DNA of 62,390 bases, the filler included, from Streblomastix strix (lineage: Eukaryota): assembly GCA_008636045.1 (NCBI GenBank). It is 2 parts of 2 records of this genome, joined end to end, with 100 filler letters (N's around TTAATTAATTAA, not from the genome) between each part and the next. Parts side by side here need not be neighbours in the genome. Positions count along the whole stretch, not along the records: positions 1 to 31,214 come from SNRW01000085.1; 1 more part is not named here. One strand, given 5' to 3'. The notes below the pieces were generated by a model that saw only the letters and a program-made list of their open reading frames with translations, had not been told where the DNA came from and ran no database searches. The translations under genes were made by a program, and so were the position numbers. Shown here piece after piece: positions 14,453 to 26,959 of the stretch (position 1 is its first letter; the number at the start of each line of letters is the position of its first letter).

Positions 14453-15110
14453 TCATTTATTTTTGAAAATCTTAAATTTTCTTAACCACTTATTCAATAT
14501 GATAAATTCATATTTCTTTAATGTATTGTGTAACAGTTGTAATTCATCAAAATCTAAATTTTATATGATATTTTCATCATAAACTTATCTTAGGTCACTT
14601 TCACTAAGATTAAAGTCTAAGCAAATTATGTGGATTAATATCCTTGCTGTCTTGAACAAACAAGTTATTCGTTAAGCTATAAAGAAAATATAATTTTTTT
14701 CATGATAAGAATCACTAACGAGATGCGTTATTGTTTTAGATAATTGTAAACTAATTCGATATATATGCATTTGTTCCAATATCATCGAAGAGCATTAATA
14801 TATTGAGTAATTAAGTTTTTTTTAATACAGATTTTTCATTATTTTTAAGTCATCATTATTATCATCTTCTGTAATTTTGTATTTTTTTATTAACTTATGT
14901 TTTAAATTAGTGCATGGATATCGATTCACAATATCTTGGTTGGTTAACCATATGAATTAATGGTTTTGATTACTTTTTATTTGAATAGCTCAGCAATTTT
15001 ATTAAGATAATCATTAGGTTTTTATTCTTTTTAATCTCATTTTTTTATAAAATTTGTTCTTCGATTCGCTTAATTAAATCGCTAGTATGAAATTATTTTT
15101 GTTCATTCAT
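14453..15110 (-). pseudogene. Virus hypothetical protein
   Basis: MNEQKQFHTSDLIKRIEEQ... to ...DELQLLHNTLKKYEFIILNKWLRKFKIFKNK-TGA; frameshifted. Convergent with pPolB. Confidence 0.45.
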
Positions 15111-15116
15111 TTTGTA

Positions 15117-15368
15117 TCAAGTGTACGTCTCCTTAGTTGAGTATTTTATCTCATCATATTCAGGTAGAAATATTATTGCTTCTCCATTAGTTACATTTGT
15201 AAATTAATTGTTCTTACTATTACGGTTTAATGCTATAGCTTCATCTTCACCATAATTTGAGAAGTGTAATATGAACGGATCAAAGATTTTTTTATATGTC
15301 ACAATTAGCTTACACTTTAATGTTGCTTTATCACTTCCAACAGGGTCTAACATTATATTGATTTCCAT
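15117..15368 (-). CDS. Virus hypothetical protein (may extend upstream)
   Basis: Open frame of 83 aa: MEINIMLDPVGSDKATLKCKLIVTYKKIFDPFILHFSNYG...KYSTKETYT-TGA. Confidence 0.4.
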
Positions 15369-16099
15369 TAATATGGAACAATGAATTCTTCATTAATGGC
15401 TTAGTTTTATATTCATTTAATAAATCTTAGTTCGTAAATGTTATTGTTTATAATTCTTGTTGTGTAATTTTAAAAATATTAAATGAATATATTAAGTTTG
15501 ATCGTTAACATAATGAATTTCATGTTTAATGGTGAAGAATTTTATTACATCAATTATATCTATATCATTTCCTGATAAATTAATGAAAACAATTAATGTA
15601 ATAAAGGTTTTATGGAGTTATTTTGATATAGTATTGGTTCCATTAAAAATAACGATTTACATTATACAATTCTTTTACAAATGAAAAATTGACAAAAATT
15701 AACTAAGAAAATATTTGTCATAGCTATCCATAGAATAAATTGAAACATTTATGAACGAATCAATATCAAATAATGATTTTGAATTAGCAACTCAATGGAG
15801 ATATATCCTTTATCTTAAAATGTAAATTTAACAAAAATAAATAAATTTTTGAAAAATAAAAAAATTGATGAGATATAATTTAACTATAACAATTGATGAT
15901 ATGTAAAATGCAACTGATTAAGAGATATTCAAAATACTTGAAGCACTTTATAGGAAAACTGTTATTCCGTGGAAATTTATGGTTGATTTGGATTAATATG
16001 ATAAAATGATATACAATATGATGTTGTAATATTTTCAATTTTGTTTCCAAGATCCAATTCAAGATAAAATTGAAGTGATAATCTAATATATATAATATT

Positions 16100-16558
16100 T
16101 CAACAATCTTATTATTTTAAATTAAGCTGATAATAATTGACAAAGTTACTGTATTATTCGTCATTCGCAAATTAATTATAAATCTATTTTTCTTCTTCAC
16201 TAGCTTCAGAGATAATATATTTCTTTATTTGTTATGGTTAATTGTTTATATCTAATGACTTTTTGATTAATAGGTATTTATTTTTGAAATACTTATACTA
16301 TTCGTTAAATAACATATTTTTATAATATTTTTCTTCAATCAGTTTCTTTATTATTTTTAATTATTGATATTGATTAGTGAGCATTTTATTGATTCTCATT
16401 AATTCTTAGAGTAATGGATGGATAGATTCTTTTATTTCATTCTTTCGTAAAATCTATAATGGTTCAATTTTAACTTTAATTGTATCGTTGTCTTCAAAGT
16501 GAGATTTGATTAATTCATTAAACAATTGTTTGATTGGCTAAGTAATTTGTTTATCCAT
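16100..16558 (-). CDS. Virus hypothetical helical protein
   Basis: Open ~152-aa frame MDKQITQPIKQLFNELIKSHFEDNDTIKVKIEPL... with TAR=Gln, ending in TGA. Confidence 0.45.
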
Positions 16559-16578
16559 TTTTGTAAAAATAAATATCA

Positions 16579-19088
16579 TCATCCTTAGTAATACGGATCA
16601 AATTATAATGCATGGGCTCTCTAGAATATATTAACTGCATCATTATAGAAGCCACATTCTGTTATAACATTAATTACACCCCATACGATTGGATTGCCTT
16701 CGGAATAATTAACTGAACCGTTAGCAGCACCGTTAGTTGCACCAGTTCATGCGATAACACTACCATTGTAAGATAATGTATTTCCATCAGCGCTTATTCT
16801 TAAATCTCTATTAACAGTATTATAATCTTCAGCCTTACAAATAATAAAACCTAAAGGTGTTACGTTAGTGTCTGATGATGAGTTAATCATCCATTAATTA
16901 GCAACAGTTCCAGTATTTTATTATGAATCAACATCTAAACAAATAAGACTATCTTCGTCAACTTTTTCTCATGCTATTCTTGATCCTTATGCAAATCTTT
17001 GATAATATGGATTAATTTAAGATATACCACAAGTAACACTTACAAATATGTCAGATGTTCCAGCATTTAATATAAACAGTTAAGGTTTTTAAACATTTGC
17101 ATAAGTACCTGAAATAACAATATTACGATGTTTGATATATAAAAATTAATCTATCTATATTGAATTAAAAGATAATATCAATTCGTCTTAATTTTTCATT
17201 TATTCACAACAGTTATAATTTGAATTATTAGTAAATAATATTAATGAGCTTGTACTTGCTGCTGGATATATTTCAAATTATTTATTTTTAAACGTTTTTC
17301 TACCAGTAATTGTTTAATTACTTAAAACATACACTAATTCATTACCGTTAAATGTTATTATTAAACAATCACTAAAAGTATTTAATCCTATACTATGATC
17401 AACTTATTTTAATGAACAAGGTACTAAAGTTAATACGTTATCACAATTTTTACTAACTTCTCATTAACATGAAACTGTTCCATTAATTGTACTATTACTA
17501 CATATTAAAAATAATGAAAATTCATTCAAGTAAGTATCTATTCTAATGCCGTTATTATAGTTCGCTTTCATTCGTTCTGATGGATTAACTTATAAATTAT
17601 TTTACATTATCCCACCACATCCATAATTATAATTAATTGGTGTTTATGTTCCACTAGGTGTTGACGAAGCGTTATCTTGTGTTAATATCTCTGTAATTCT
17701 TATAGGAGTATAAGTAATTTAATCAGTTACTATTATAGTAATGGAGTCAACTGTTTTTAATCTAACATATACAGTATCTATACTGCTGATGGACCTGTTC
17801 CAGTATGAGTATGAAATAGTTAATTTGCACCATTTTCTATCCCATAATAAGAACTAAATTCTGTAGGGGCTGAAAATAACCCTTACATTGCAGTGATTCC
17901 ATTAACGGTATAATTAGGTTATAATCTAATTATTTGAACAGCATTGTTAGACGAATATACTTTAAATTCAATGAATGGACTACTTGCACTATTACCTGAA
18001 GGAAATATACATAATATAACCCATTCATTACCTGAATATGTTTTAGAGAATTTTCTATCTAAAGTAGTTGTATCACCACTAGCGCATATTATTTCAATTG
18101 CTAATCCTTCAGTTTTAATGAACTTAGTAACAGTAACATTTCCATCATATGTCAATTATTATGGATGAACATGATCATGTCTAGCGTAAAAAGCTGATTT
18201 TCCATTAATTGCATCTCCGTTAACGATTGGAATATTTGATGCATTAGTTTCTTCATTATTAGGATGTGAATGATCATTTCAAGCATAATAATTAATTGTA
18301 CGAACTGATCCACTAACACTATCTTGTGGGGGTATAGAATTAATTATATTGATAGGATGAGAATGATCGTCTGTAGCACAATAATTTGTTGTACCAACTG
18401 AACCACTAGCAGAATCACTAAGCGGTATAGAAGTTGTTATATTTAATCGATGAACATGATCCCTATGAGAATATTATATACTAATTCCTCCAGTTGCTGT
18501 ACCATCAGATAATGAAGTTGCATCACTTGCAGGCGTTACTTGATCTGGAACTATATCTCCTCTATTATAACTATTTTAATCATATATCCATATTGGTAAA
18601 CTTTCTGCACTAAATGAAAAATCTCCATTAGCAAAATTAGTTAAATTTGTTATTTCGCTATTCAATAAATTATTTCCTCGGAAATATGTTTGTCGTGATA
18701 GTTCTTGATTAATAGTATCAATATCATTTTTTATATCAGTAATATCCTATTCGGTTGTCCCAATAGATTATTATATTAAATTTACTTAGTTAATAAACTA
18801 ATTAATCTAAGCAACAAAATCAAAATTAATCATTTTCAAATTCTTTATTTTTAATAATCCATTAAGTTCTATTTTTATTGCGTAATCTGATGTCATTCCA
18901 TCAAAGATTTAAATATTTGCAACATAAACTAATGCATCGTTATTATCTATGAATAATTAACACTCTTCATTTGACATCATTCCACCACTTGATCCACCTC
19001 GTTTCTAATACTAAATATGGTAAGCAATATCGTTAATGAGAAATTATCTAACGGTTCGGATTTACTGTTACGATAATGCGTTGCTCAT
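16579..19088 (-). pseudogene. Fibre / phage tail-fibre-like protein (~830 aa)
   Basis: MSNALSQQQIRTVRQFLIND start, coiled-coil stretch, four Y-x-x-x-D-H-x-H-P-like repeats (~18165-18480), TKFIKTEG...ASGDT, QTITGRKTF, Gly/Ser/Thr-rich C-terminus ending HALQFDPYYQG-TGA. Internal TGA and frameshift. Confidence 0.7.
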
Positions 19089-19114
19089 ATCAATAAAAAT
19101 AAATTACGCCAACA

Positions 19115-19321
19115 TCAACATTTACTAACAAGTCGATCAGCAGCGCCTGCTACGTTAGCTGCTGCCCCTAATGCACTTCCAATTCACAAATAAATCATTC
19201 GAACAGGACCTGATATTGTTGACAAAACTTTATGTAATGCTGATGCAACCCATTTTGTTACATTCTTAATTCCTTTTAATATTTTTGACCAAAAGTTAGA
19301 AATTCCAATCAAGAAACCCAT
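19115..19321 (-). pseudogene. Small amphipathic peptide, adenovirus pVI-like membrane-active candidate
   Basis: MGFLIGISNFWSKILKGIKNVTKWVASALHKVLSTISGPVRMIYL*IGSALGAAANVAGAADRLVSKC; one internal TGA. Confidence 0.55.
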
Positions 19322-19451
19322 TGGATTTATTATAAAAAAATTTTTACATAAACATCTCTTCGCGAAACTTAGTCTTTGACTTCAGTTCAATAATTTTTAT
19401 TTTATTAAAATATCATTCGAATTTAGTGTTTATCTTGGACGTTTAGCAAAA

Positions 19452-21392
19452 ATGCTACATTCCGATTACGTTAGCAAATATATTTAACTTGGAGAAGTTC
19501 TAAAATCATTATCTATCCATCCACAGTCGTTTGAAATATCAAAGTAAAACTTCCTCGATTCTCCTATTATTGAACATATATCTAGTGGAGTTAAATATAT
19601 TAGAGCACGATTAGGAGCAAGAGGAAAATCATCATGTTCAATGATTCAAACTTGTTAAGTAAATTGGACAATAACAATACTAGCAAACACTTTAGCAATA
19701 TAATTAATTAAAACAGCTGTTGTATTGGATACTCCAGCAAAATTAAACATACGAACTAATTTCAATGGTAAAGAAGATCCAACAGCTGATTGGACTACAT
19801 ATATGTCATAAACAGCATAAGGATATTTTGGTAAAAAAGCTGATGGAAGAGAAATTTCAGATCATTTATAATTTTGGATTGTATTCACAATTGTGTGAGG
19901 ACCATTTTACTAATTCTAACTAATAAAAGATGCAACAACATTATGGGGATCTGCAATATATGCAAGAGAATAAGCAGTAATTAGTGGTAATTCTCTTAGT
20001 GATTTGTGCACTAAAAATGGCGTTAGCGTCCCACTCATTGAAAGTATAATTGAAGGAAAACGTCATTGTGGAGAATTTATTCATATCCCACTTGCTAAAA
20101 TTGACAGACATGCAACTACTAAAACTGCTGCAACACCATTTTACTATAAAATCCCTTAGGACATTACGTTCAGTGGAGTACTTGATCTTAACTAACTAAA
20201 TCATATATTTAATTCCTTCCATGTTCTTACTCGTAATTATGCAACATTACATCTATAATTATACATATAAGATTTCTTATAAGATTTGAAGGTTGTTTTG
20301 GTTAACAAAAATGATACAGTATAAAATAATCATTTAGTTTATCATATGATTCCTCCTGAGAAACCTGAAATTGTTTATCTTTTAGCAGGAGATGATGCTA
20401 CTGGACTTGAATATCTGAGATATAATGCAAGAATTGTAAATATGTAAAACGCTGCTATCGATGATTAGATACCACAAAATTCAATTAATAAGATTGGAAA
20501 TGCTAAATTTGATATATTAGAGATTTAGAACGTATGTTTTAAAATTGCAAATGAAGAAGCTATAATTAGTATGATTCAATAACAAAAAATAATTAACATT
20601 CCTACATAAGTATTTAGAACATAATCATCAAGCTTTCCATTAAGTGAATTTGATAAAGAAAGTGGATCTATGTAAAATATTATGTCATTCTCTAACATAA
20701 AAGCATTATTTATGACATTTGCTATGCCCTAATATCCAACATGGTTTTTCCCTAAATTATTCACAGAACTTAATCTAGTTATTGAATAGAATAATGTTAT
20801 CCCATAACCTTATAAATCATTAAATTAAGCAACTAATGGATAAATATTTGACTGCTTTGTTGATTAAGATATTATTAGTTCTCCTTCAGATCTATATCTT
20901 TCATTTACATTTTAAAATAAATATATAGATGAAAAGAAAAATTACAATGGATTGATAGATAATAACAATTAATATAAAACAGCTAATATATTCTATTTAA
21001 CAACATTGTTTAGCGGAAGTAATGCTACTAAAACACTTTATCCTAACAAATATATTTTTGCATGGAAACTGGATACTGATGATTCATTTACGTGAAGATA
21101 TAACTCTTCAAAGATAGGTTCTAGAACTAATGTATAAGTGATTATGTAAGGAAATTTATCTAAAGGAATTATTGATACAACTAATATAAATACATTACAG
21201 AACTTAAATGATTTCAAATAATTCATTGGAACTGGAGCATATCCTGATCCTAATAAAGCATATATTACTCCAATGATGCATTACCTATGTGATGCATTTG
21301 CTAGAATTATATTTGATCATATTTCAATGCCATAAGTATTAAATATTGATGTTATTGGTGAGCTTGCTGATGGAGCTATTAAATCTCAATGA
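19452..21392 (+). pseudogene. Candidate major capsid protein (~640 aa)
   Basis: Apparently intronless, beta-strand-like ORF (MLHSDYVSKYIQLGEV...LWGSAIYAREQAVI...FAMPQYPTWFFP...YITPMMHYLCDAFARIIFD...IDVIGELADGAIKSQ-TGA) with frameshifts. Size and position in a pPolB/fibre cluster support an MCP; fold not verified. Confidence 0.6.
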
Positions 21393-21492
21393 AAACCGTA
21401 CCTTCGGCGGCATCGTATGTGCTAGGTTTGAGCAATGCAAAATTTATAAAAATAAATTTATTTTTCACCATCTAGTTGGCGGGCATAAATGC

Positions 21493-21618
21493 TCATCTGC
21501 ATTTCTTTGATTCGCAGGCATATTTGATTTCTGCTTCCCAAATTGTCTTAAAGATAGCATACCAATTAATGTTCAATTATTCAAGAGAATAGATGATGGT
21601 TTCATTAATCAGATTCAT
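21493..21618 (-). CDS. Virus small hypothetical protein (41 aa)
   Basis: MNLINETIIYSLEQLNINWYAIFKTIWEAEIKYACESKKCR-TGA; its stop codon lies within the repeated junction motif. Confidence 0.35.
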
Positions 21619-21637
21619 TTGTTTATTTTGAAATTAT

Positions 21638-22290
21638 TCAATTAGCCGATTAATTATGAATAACATATGAATCACATATCTATACACAAAAATCATCAGG
21701 TAAACTAACCTAACACATTGAATTTATTACAATATTTCCATTAGTATTAATATAACAATCAAAAGGAATTATTCGATTCCTGCATATTGGATAACCAATA
21801 TTTTAACTCCAAACATAACTGCATTTAATGGAATATTTCGCATAATACCAGAGAATTTTGGTTTTATTTCATTATTAACGATTGAGAATAAAGTATATGC
21901 AGATTAACAAAGAGTATTAGGATCAGAGTGAGTTATTTGAAGTGAAATATATACACCACTATTTTATGTTGTTAATGTACCCCATATTCGTTACTCATAC
22001 ATTCCATAAGTAATTAATGAATAACGCGCTTTTTCAATAGGTTCATAATCTAATTAATCTTTATCAATAGTATCTCCATTAGCCGATAGAATTTAGTTAC
22101 TTGTTCCACTTTATTTAATAATTTTGCCAGCTATTATAGGTGATAAAAATGTTTTTACTCCACGAATAATCTAGTTAGAATATAAATCAACAAAATCGAT
22201 AGAATTCCTAAAAAAATTAGCTAAAATAATTAAAATGCTTTATTATCTAATTATTAATAACTTATAATATTATGTTACGTTCTTCAATTT
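21638..22290 (-). pseudogene. Second, shorter fibre-like protein
   Basis: DFVDLYSNQIIRGVKTF and GKIIKQSGTSNQILSANGDT parallel motifs in the long fibre. Beta-rich C-terminus (IPFDCYINTNGNIVINSMC). Start uncertain; frameshifted. Confidence 0.55.
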
Positions 22291-22472
22291 ATTTTTATTA
22301 CTCTTCTTATCATTTAATTAGTTTAATTACTTATTCTTACTAAATTATTTATTCATCTACATCAATCATATCTAAATCTCTTAATTATTATTCCATTTTT
22401 ATTACAAAAATAATAGGTTTTTCATTCATTAACATAGTATTATGTATAATTAACTTCCTTTTTAACTCCATA

Positions 22473-22865
22473 TCAACCGTATTAATTGTATTTTGTTTGT
22501 TTTTACATTTATTTAATAGCATTTTGCTTTCCATAATATTTGATTGCTTCATCATCAGTAAAGTTACGTATTGGAAACTGACTAATTCTATCACTAAGAT
22601 CGTTCATCTGTAATGTATACTGTTTAATTGTTTCATCAATATGTCTATTATTTCTTTTCTCGATCATAATATAAACTGTTTATGGATAACTTGGATTATT
22701 TCCATATCGTTTTAGTAGCTTATAGTATGGTTTATTAAATTTACTTACTGTTCGTTAATAGAAATCATCTTCACATTAATATATATTTTCAACGTATATT
22801 TCATTTGGAATATTTTGAGGTTTCTTGAGCAATTTTCCTTTAAAGATTTCAGATTGTGCAAGCAT
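22473..22865 (-). CDS. Virus hypothetical protein
   Basis: MLAQSEIFKGKLLKKPQNIPNEIYVENIYQCEDDFYQRTV..., 130 aa to the first TGA (possibly premature). Confidence 0.45.
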
Positions 22866-22921
22866 TTTTGTTATCAGTAAAAATAATTAAATGTAAAAAA
22901 TAGACAGCTAAAATAATTATT

Positions 22922-23589
22922 TCAAAAATCATCCTTGGAAATCTCTGATGTAGGTACATCAGACAACCTAACAAAATCCTTGTTAATTCGATATTGTTTC
23001 TCAATAAAATTGAATAAGACATTATTAATAACAGATATACTAAAATTTTTAATTATTACGTCAATTATTCCTATTAAATCTTACTTTTTATATGATTTTC
23101 CTATACATGAATGGGATCTCATTAATAGTTGCTCTAATAAAATTTCTATTTCATTTTCATTTTCCTTATTAAATATTGCCTAAAGTTTAATGATTTTATC
23201 TGATGAAAATATAAAGTCATCTCCACTCTTTCTATAAATAACTGTAGCCTAAATTCGATCAATAATGAATTTCATTACCTACAAATTAGGATGTGAAAGA
23301 TAAGTATTTTTAACTACTTCATCTGCTTCAACTTATGCAGTAGTTCTATCAATTTGTTAAAATTTATCTTTATTATATTTACTTTCATATTTAGTAATTT
23401 TTTATTCTGTTAGGATCAATTATTCAGATGTTACTTGAGTAATTTCATTCTCTGTTCAAATTAATTTTTTTTAGGCTTGATGGTTTCATTGACTGTTGGC
23501 ATTGATTTCATATGACTAATTGCTTCATCGATCAATTGCAATCTTATTTTATCTTCATCCGTTAGTTCTTTATGCTTAATCTCAGACAT
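22922..23589 (-). pseudogene. Virus hypothetical protein
   Basis: MSEIKHKELTDEDKIRLQLIDEAI... to ...FIEKQYRINKDFVRLSDVPTSEISKDDF-TGA with frameshifts. Confidence 0.45.
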
Positions 23590-23844
23590 TATTTTTTGGT
23601 TTTTGACATGCGAATTGAGTTTCTTTCAATGTAATTTATCATTTTCTTTATTTAAAAATATTCAGATGTACTTAAAATAAGTATTAAAGAATTAGATAGA
23701 GAATGGAACAAATTTTGAAAACTTTGACAACGGATATATAATCCAAATAAATAAAGATGAAGTTTGACATATGATCAGATTACCCATACTCATATCGATT
23801 CATCCATGCTAACGCACAAAAAACATCAGTAAAGGCGAATCGAT

Positions 23845-25390
23845 ATTGATTTATTATCCCCGAATCTCCATATCTTATCTCTTTATTGAGATATCATTAT
23901 GGCTCCAATGTTGTCGGTTCACATACAGGAATCCGACCTAGGGGTATTCAATTTAAAGTGTTTACTTACTATCTACCGAACCCTCTATAATAGCTTCATA
24001 AACTTCTGAAATTAAAAGTTCAAAAGTAATACTTCTCAAAATTCAATGTGTTCAACAAATATAATTATAAAGTCATCTGTTTCATCCTTCGGAATCTGAA
24101 CAACATTCTTCGATTAATACTACAAATATACAGATTCCTTTAATTAATAAAATAGTACACTTCGACTTAAACCAATCTGCAAATAATGCAATCAAATTAT
24201 AATTGCCAATGGATAATTAATTGTAGCTCAATAATAGGCAACAATAGTTGTTCAGTTGTTTGTAATAACAGTTTCTGAATGGAATATAAATATTACCATA
24301 TCTATCGAACTCATTTTCAGAAATAACTTCATAATAAATAATTTTGAACTAAAGGGCAGAATGAGAAGCTTAATTACTTCAAAATTAAATGAAATACTAA
24401 CAAATTTCGGCAGTAAAAGAATAATAAATGAGTATGCAGAATAATATTTAAAATAATGTTTATAAATACATCATAGGTGCAATGCATGTGAATCTAAAGG
24501 CAAGAAGCAGATAGTTTGAACATGTTCAGTCCCATAACTTCTCTAATTTCTTCTAATCCAACTCCAACCCAAATGAATATATTGAGGACTAGAGCTGGAT
24601 GCATTCACAAGACTAATAAGTATTTCAATATGAATTTGATGATAATTAATTGAAATTAGATAATTATCACAATTACAATGAAAGTATATCTGGAAAACCT
24701 GAAGTGATTTCATTACTAATATGAGGGCATAAAGGAGAAGGGTAAAAATAATGATAAAGATAATACCTAAAAATATCCAATAACAAATGATGACCCTATT
24801 GTTTAAATAACTCCACCTGAGATGGGAATGGCGCCATGACATGCAGGGAGAGATACTGCAGGTGTCCTTGAAGCTTAACGTGCAAATACTGAGAGTATAA
24901 TTCTTGGAAACGAGATGATTATACCTCAACAAAATCATCTTATTGCTTATCTCTCAAGTGACTTTATCTTCCAACTTTTAATTTGTGAAGATTTATAGTA
25001 ATCAGAAAATGAACCCGAACAAGATCAGGATCTATAGGACTTGAATATTCTTCCAGATAATTCAATAAATTATGGCCTAACTGGCTTGCGTAAGAAACAC
25101 AATGGAGCGATGCGAATAAGAGAAATAGCTAATCGAGCCCAAACTTTTCAAACAAGAATAATAAGCGCCGCTGACAGCGCCAACTATTCTTCCAGATAGT
25201 ACATGTTGATGTAGGTTTGAAGGCATTAATGGGAGGGGCAACCATCAGAGAATCCAATATATTGAAGCTCAACCCCAGAATCGCATTAACAATTGGATGG
25301 AAATCTATTGAGAAGCATCACTACTTGGAAAGCAATTAATTGTAAAGATTTTATAATTGGGCCGTTCTCATCAGAGGGAACATCTATCAT
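23845..25390 (+). mobile_element. DIRS-type element 5' fragment (copy 3)
   Basis: 23845-23947 is an inverted homologue of 5335-5440. It is followed by a decayed Q-rich ORF1 and the pol N-terminal signature QLDGNLLRSITTWKAINCKDFI (~25290-25360), then truncation. Confidence 0.65.
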
Positions 25391-26959
25391 TTTATATAAT
25401 ATTTAAATGTATTATGATAAAATACAAAAAAGTTAGAATATATATTATGTTCAAAAATGCACATCATATGAGATAAATGATTTTTAATTTTTTTTTAAAA
25501 TTTTATTTTTTTATTAATTTATTCTGTTTAAATAATTATTTAATAGTAATTATTATTTATTAATAATTAAATATAAATATATTAAAATTTTTATTAATAT
25601 AAAAATTATACTATGTTGAAATTTCACAAAAATAATTTTATTATAATTTAAGAATAAACATGCTTAAAATTATTAAGGGAGATTTAAATATGTTTTATTT
25701 AATAAAATTTATACAGAAGATCTTATTAATAGCAAAAAAAATTATTATAAAATTTCCAATATTGTTCCAATCAAATAAAAAACAACTTTTTAAACTAAAA
25801 TAAATTAATTTAAAATTTCTTTTATTTAGAATAAAATTACTAATTAATTAAAAATATATGTTATTAACAAAAATGAAACAAAATTATAATATTAATATTA
25901 TTTATATATTAAGTATAAAAAATTCATATGTAACAAATGAATTTCAAAACAAACAAGCAAAAAAAAATATTCCAACTTTCATGAATCTGCAATATCGCCC
26001 CACTGAAAGTTATAGAATTAATAAATGTATATTAAAAATATTAAAATATATTAAAATAAATAAAATAAATAATAAACACACTTCTATTATAGTTGGATGT
26101 TATAGAAACATATATGTGTAAAAAAATAAAAAAAAATTGACACTGCTTTTGATATGTAGAAGAAAATATTAATAAGTCTGAGATTTAAAATTAATATATA
26201 ATATAATTAAAAAATAATAAATTGAAAAAATAATCATAACTAATGTGAATATCGACTTTTCAATCTTTTTAGCTTGATAAAAATTGTTCGCGAATTTCAC
26301 ATGTGATATATATATATATAATAATAATAAGTGAAAAATAGTAATTATAATAATAAATAAAACTAAATAAAATAATAAAATCTTTAATATTATAATATGA
26401 ATAGCTAGGAATACTCGTTTTAATTTTTTTGAAAAAGTGGATGATTACTAACAATTGATTCATTTAATCATTGTATTTATAATTGCATTAGCATTTAAAA
26501 TACAAGTTATATTTAATGTGGTAAACTAAATTAAAATATAATATGATGCTAATGATATTTTGTAAAATTTATTTTATATGCAAATTTTCTAAACTATTAC
26601 AGTATAAAAATATAATTAAATGTATGTAAAATATTTATATTACATAATTGAGTTTCATTATGCATTGTTAAATAAAATAAAATAGCCTTATCAATCATAC
26701 TAGATTCGTTGAATATTTTTTATAAATCCTGTTTTCTTGAGCTTAATGATGAATTTTAATTTTCATTTATATAAATAGTTTTCAAAAACAAAAAATTAAT
26801 GAAATTTGTATAATTATTAAATTAAATAAATATGCCATAATGTTTTCTAAATTTATCACAAAAATAATTTTTTAAATTGAGTTTTCTTGTAAATTATGCA
26901 TTATTTAACTCAACATACATTAAGACTTTTTTTAGTTGTTCCATCATATATTCATAAAT

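Larger units (their letters stand above)
8800..23840. mobile_element. Endogenous Polinton-like (double jelly-roll) DNA virus, degenerate
   Basis: Dense cluster of apparently intronless genes with pPolB, capsid-sized ORF, fibre-like ORFs and small ORFs, all in the TAR=Gln code. Right end cut by a DIRS terminal repeat at ~23845. No TIRs identified. Confidence 0.8.

Noticed and set aside
16579..22290. Bacterial prophage or symbiont contamination
   Set aside because: Genes need TAA/TAG=Gln, sit with a eukaryotic-type pPolB, and lie among eukaryotic retrotransposons.
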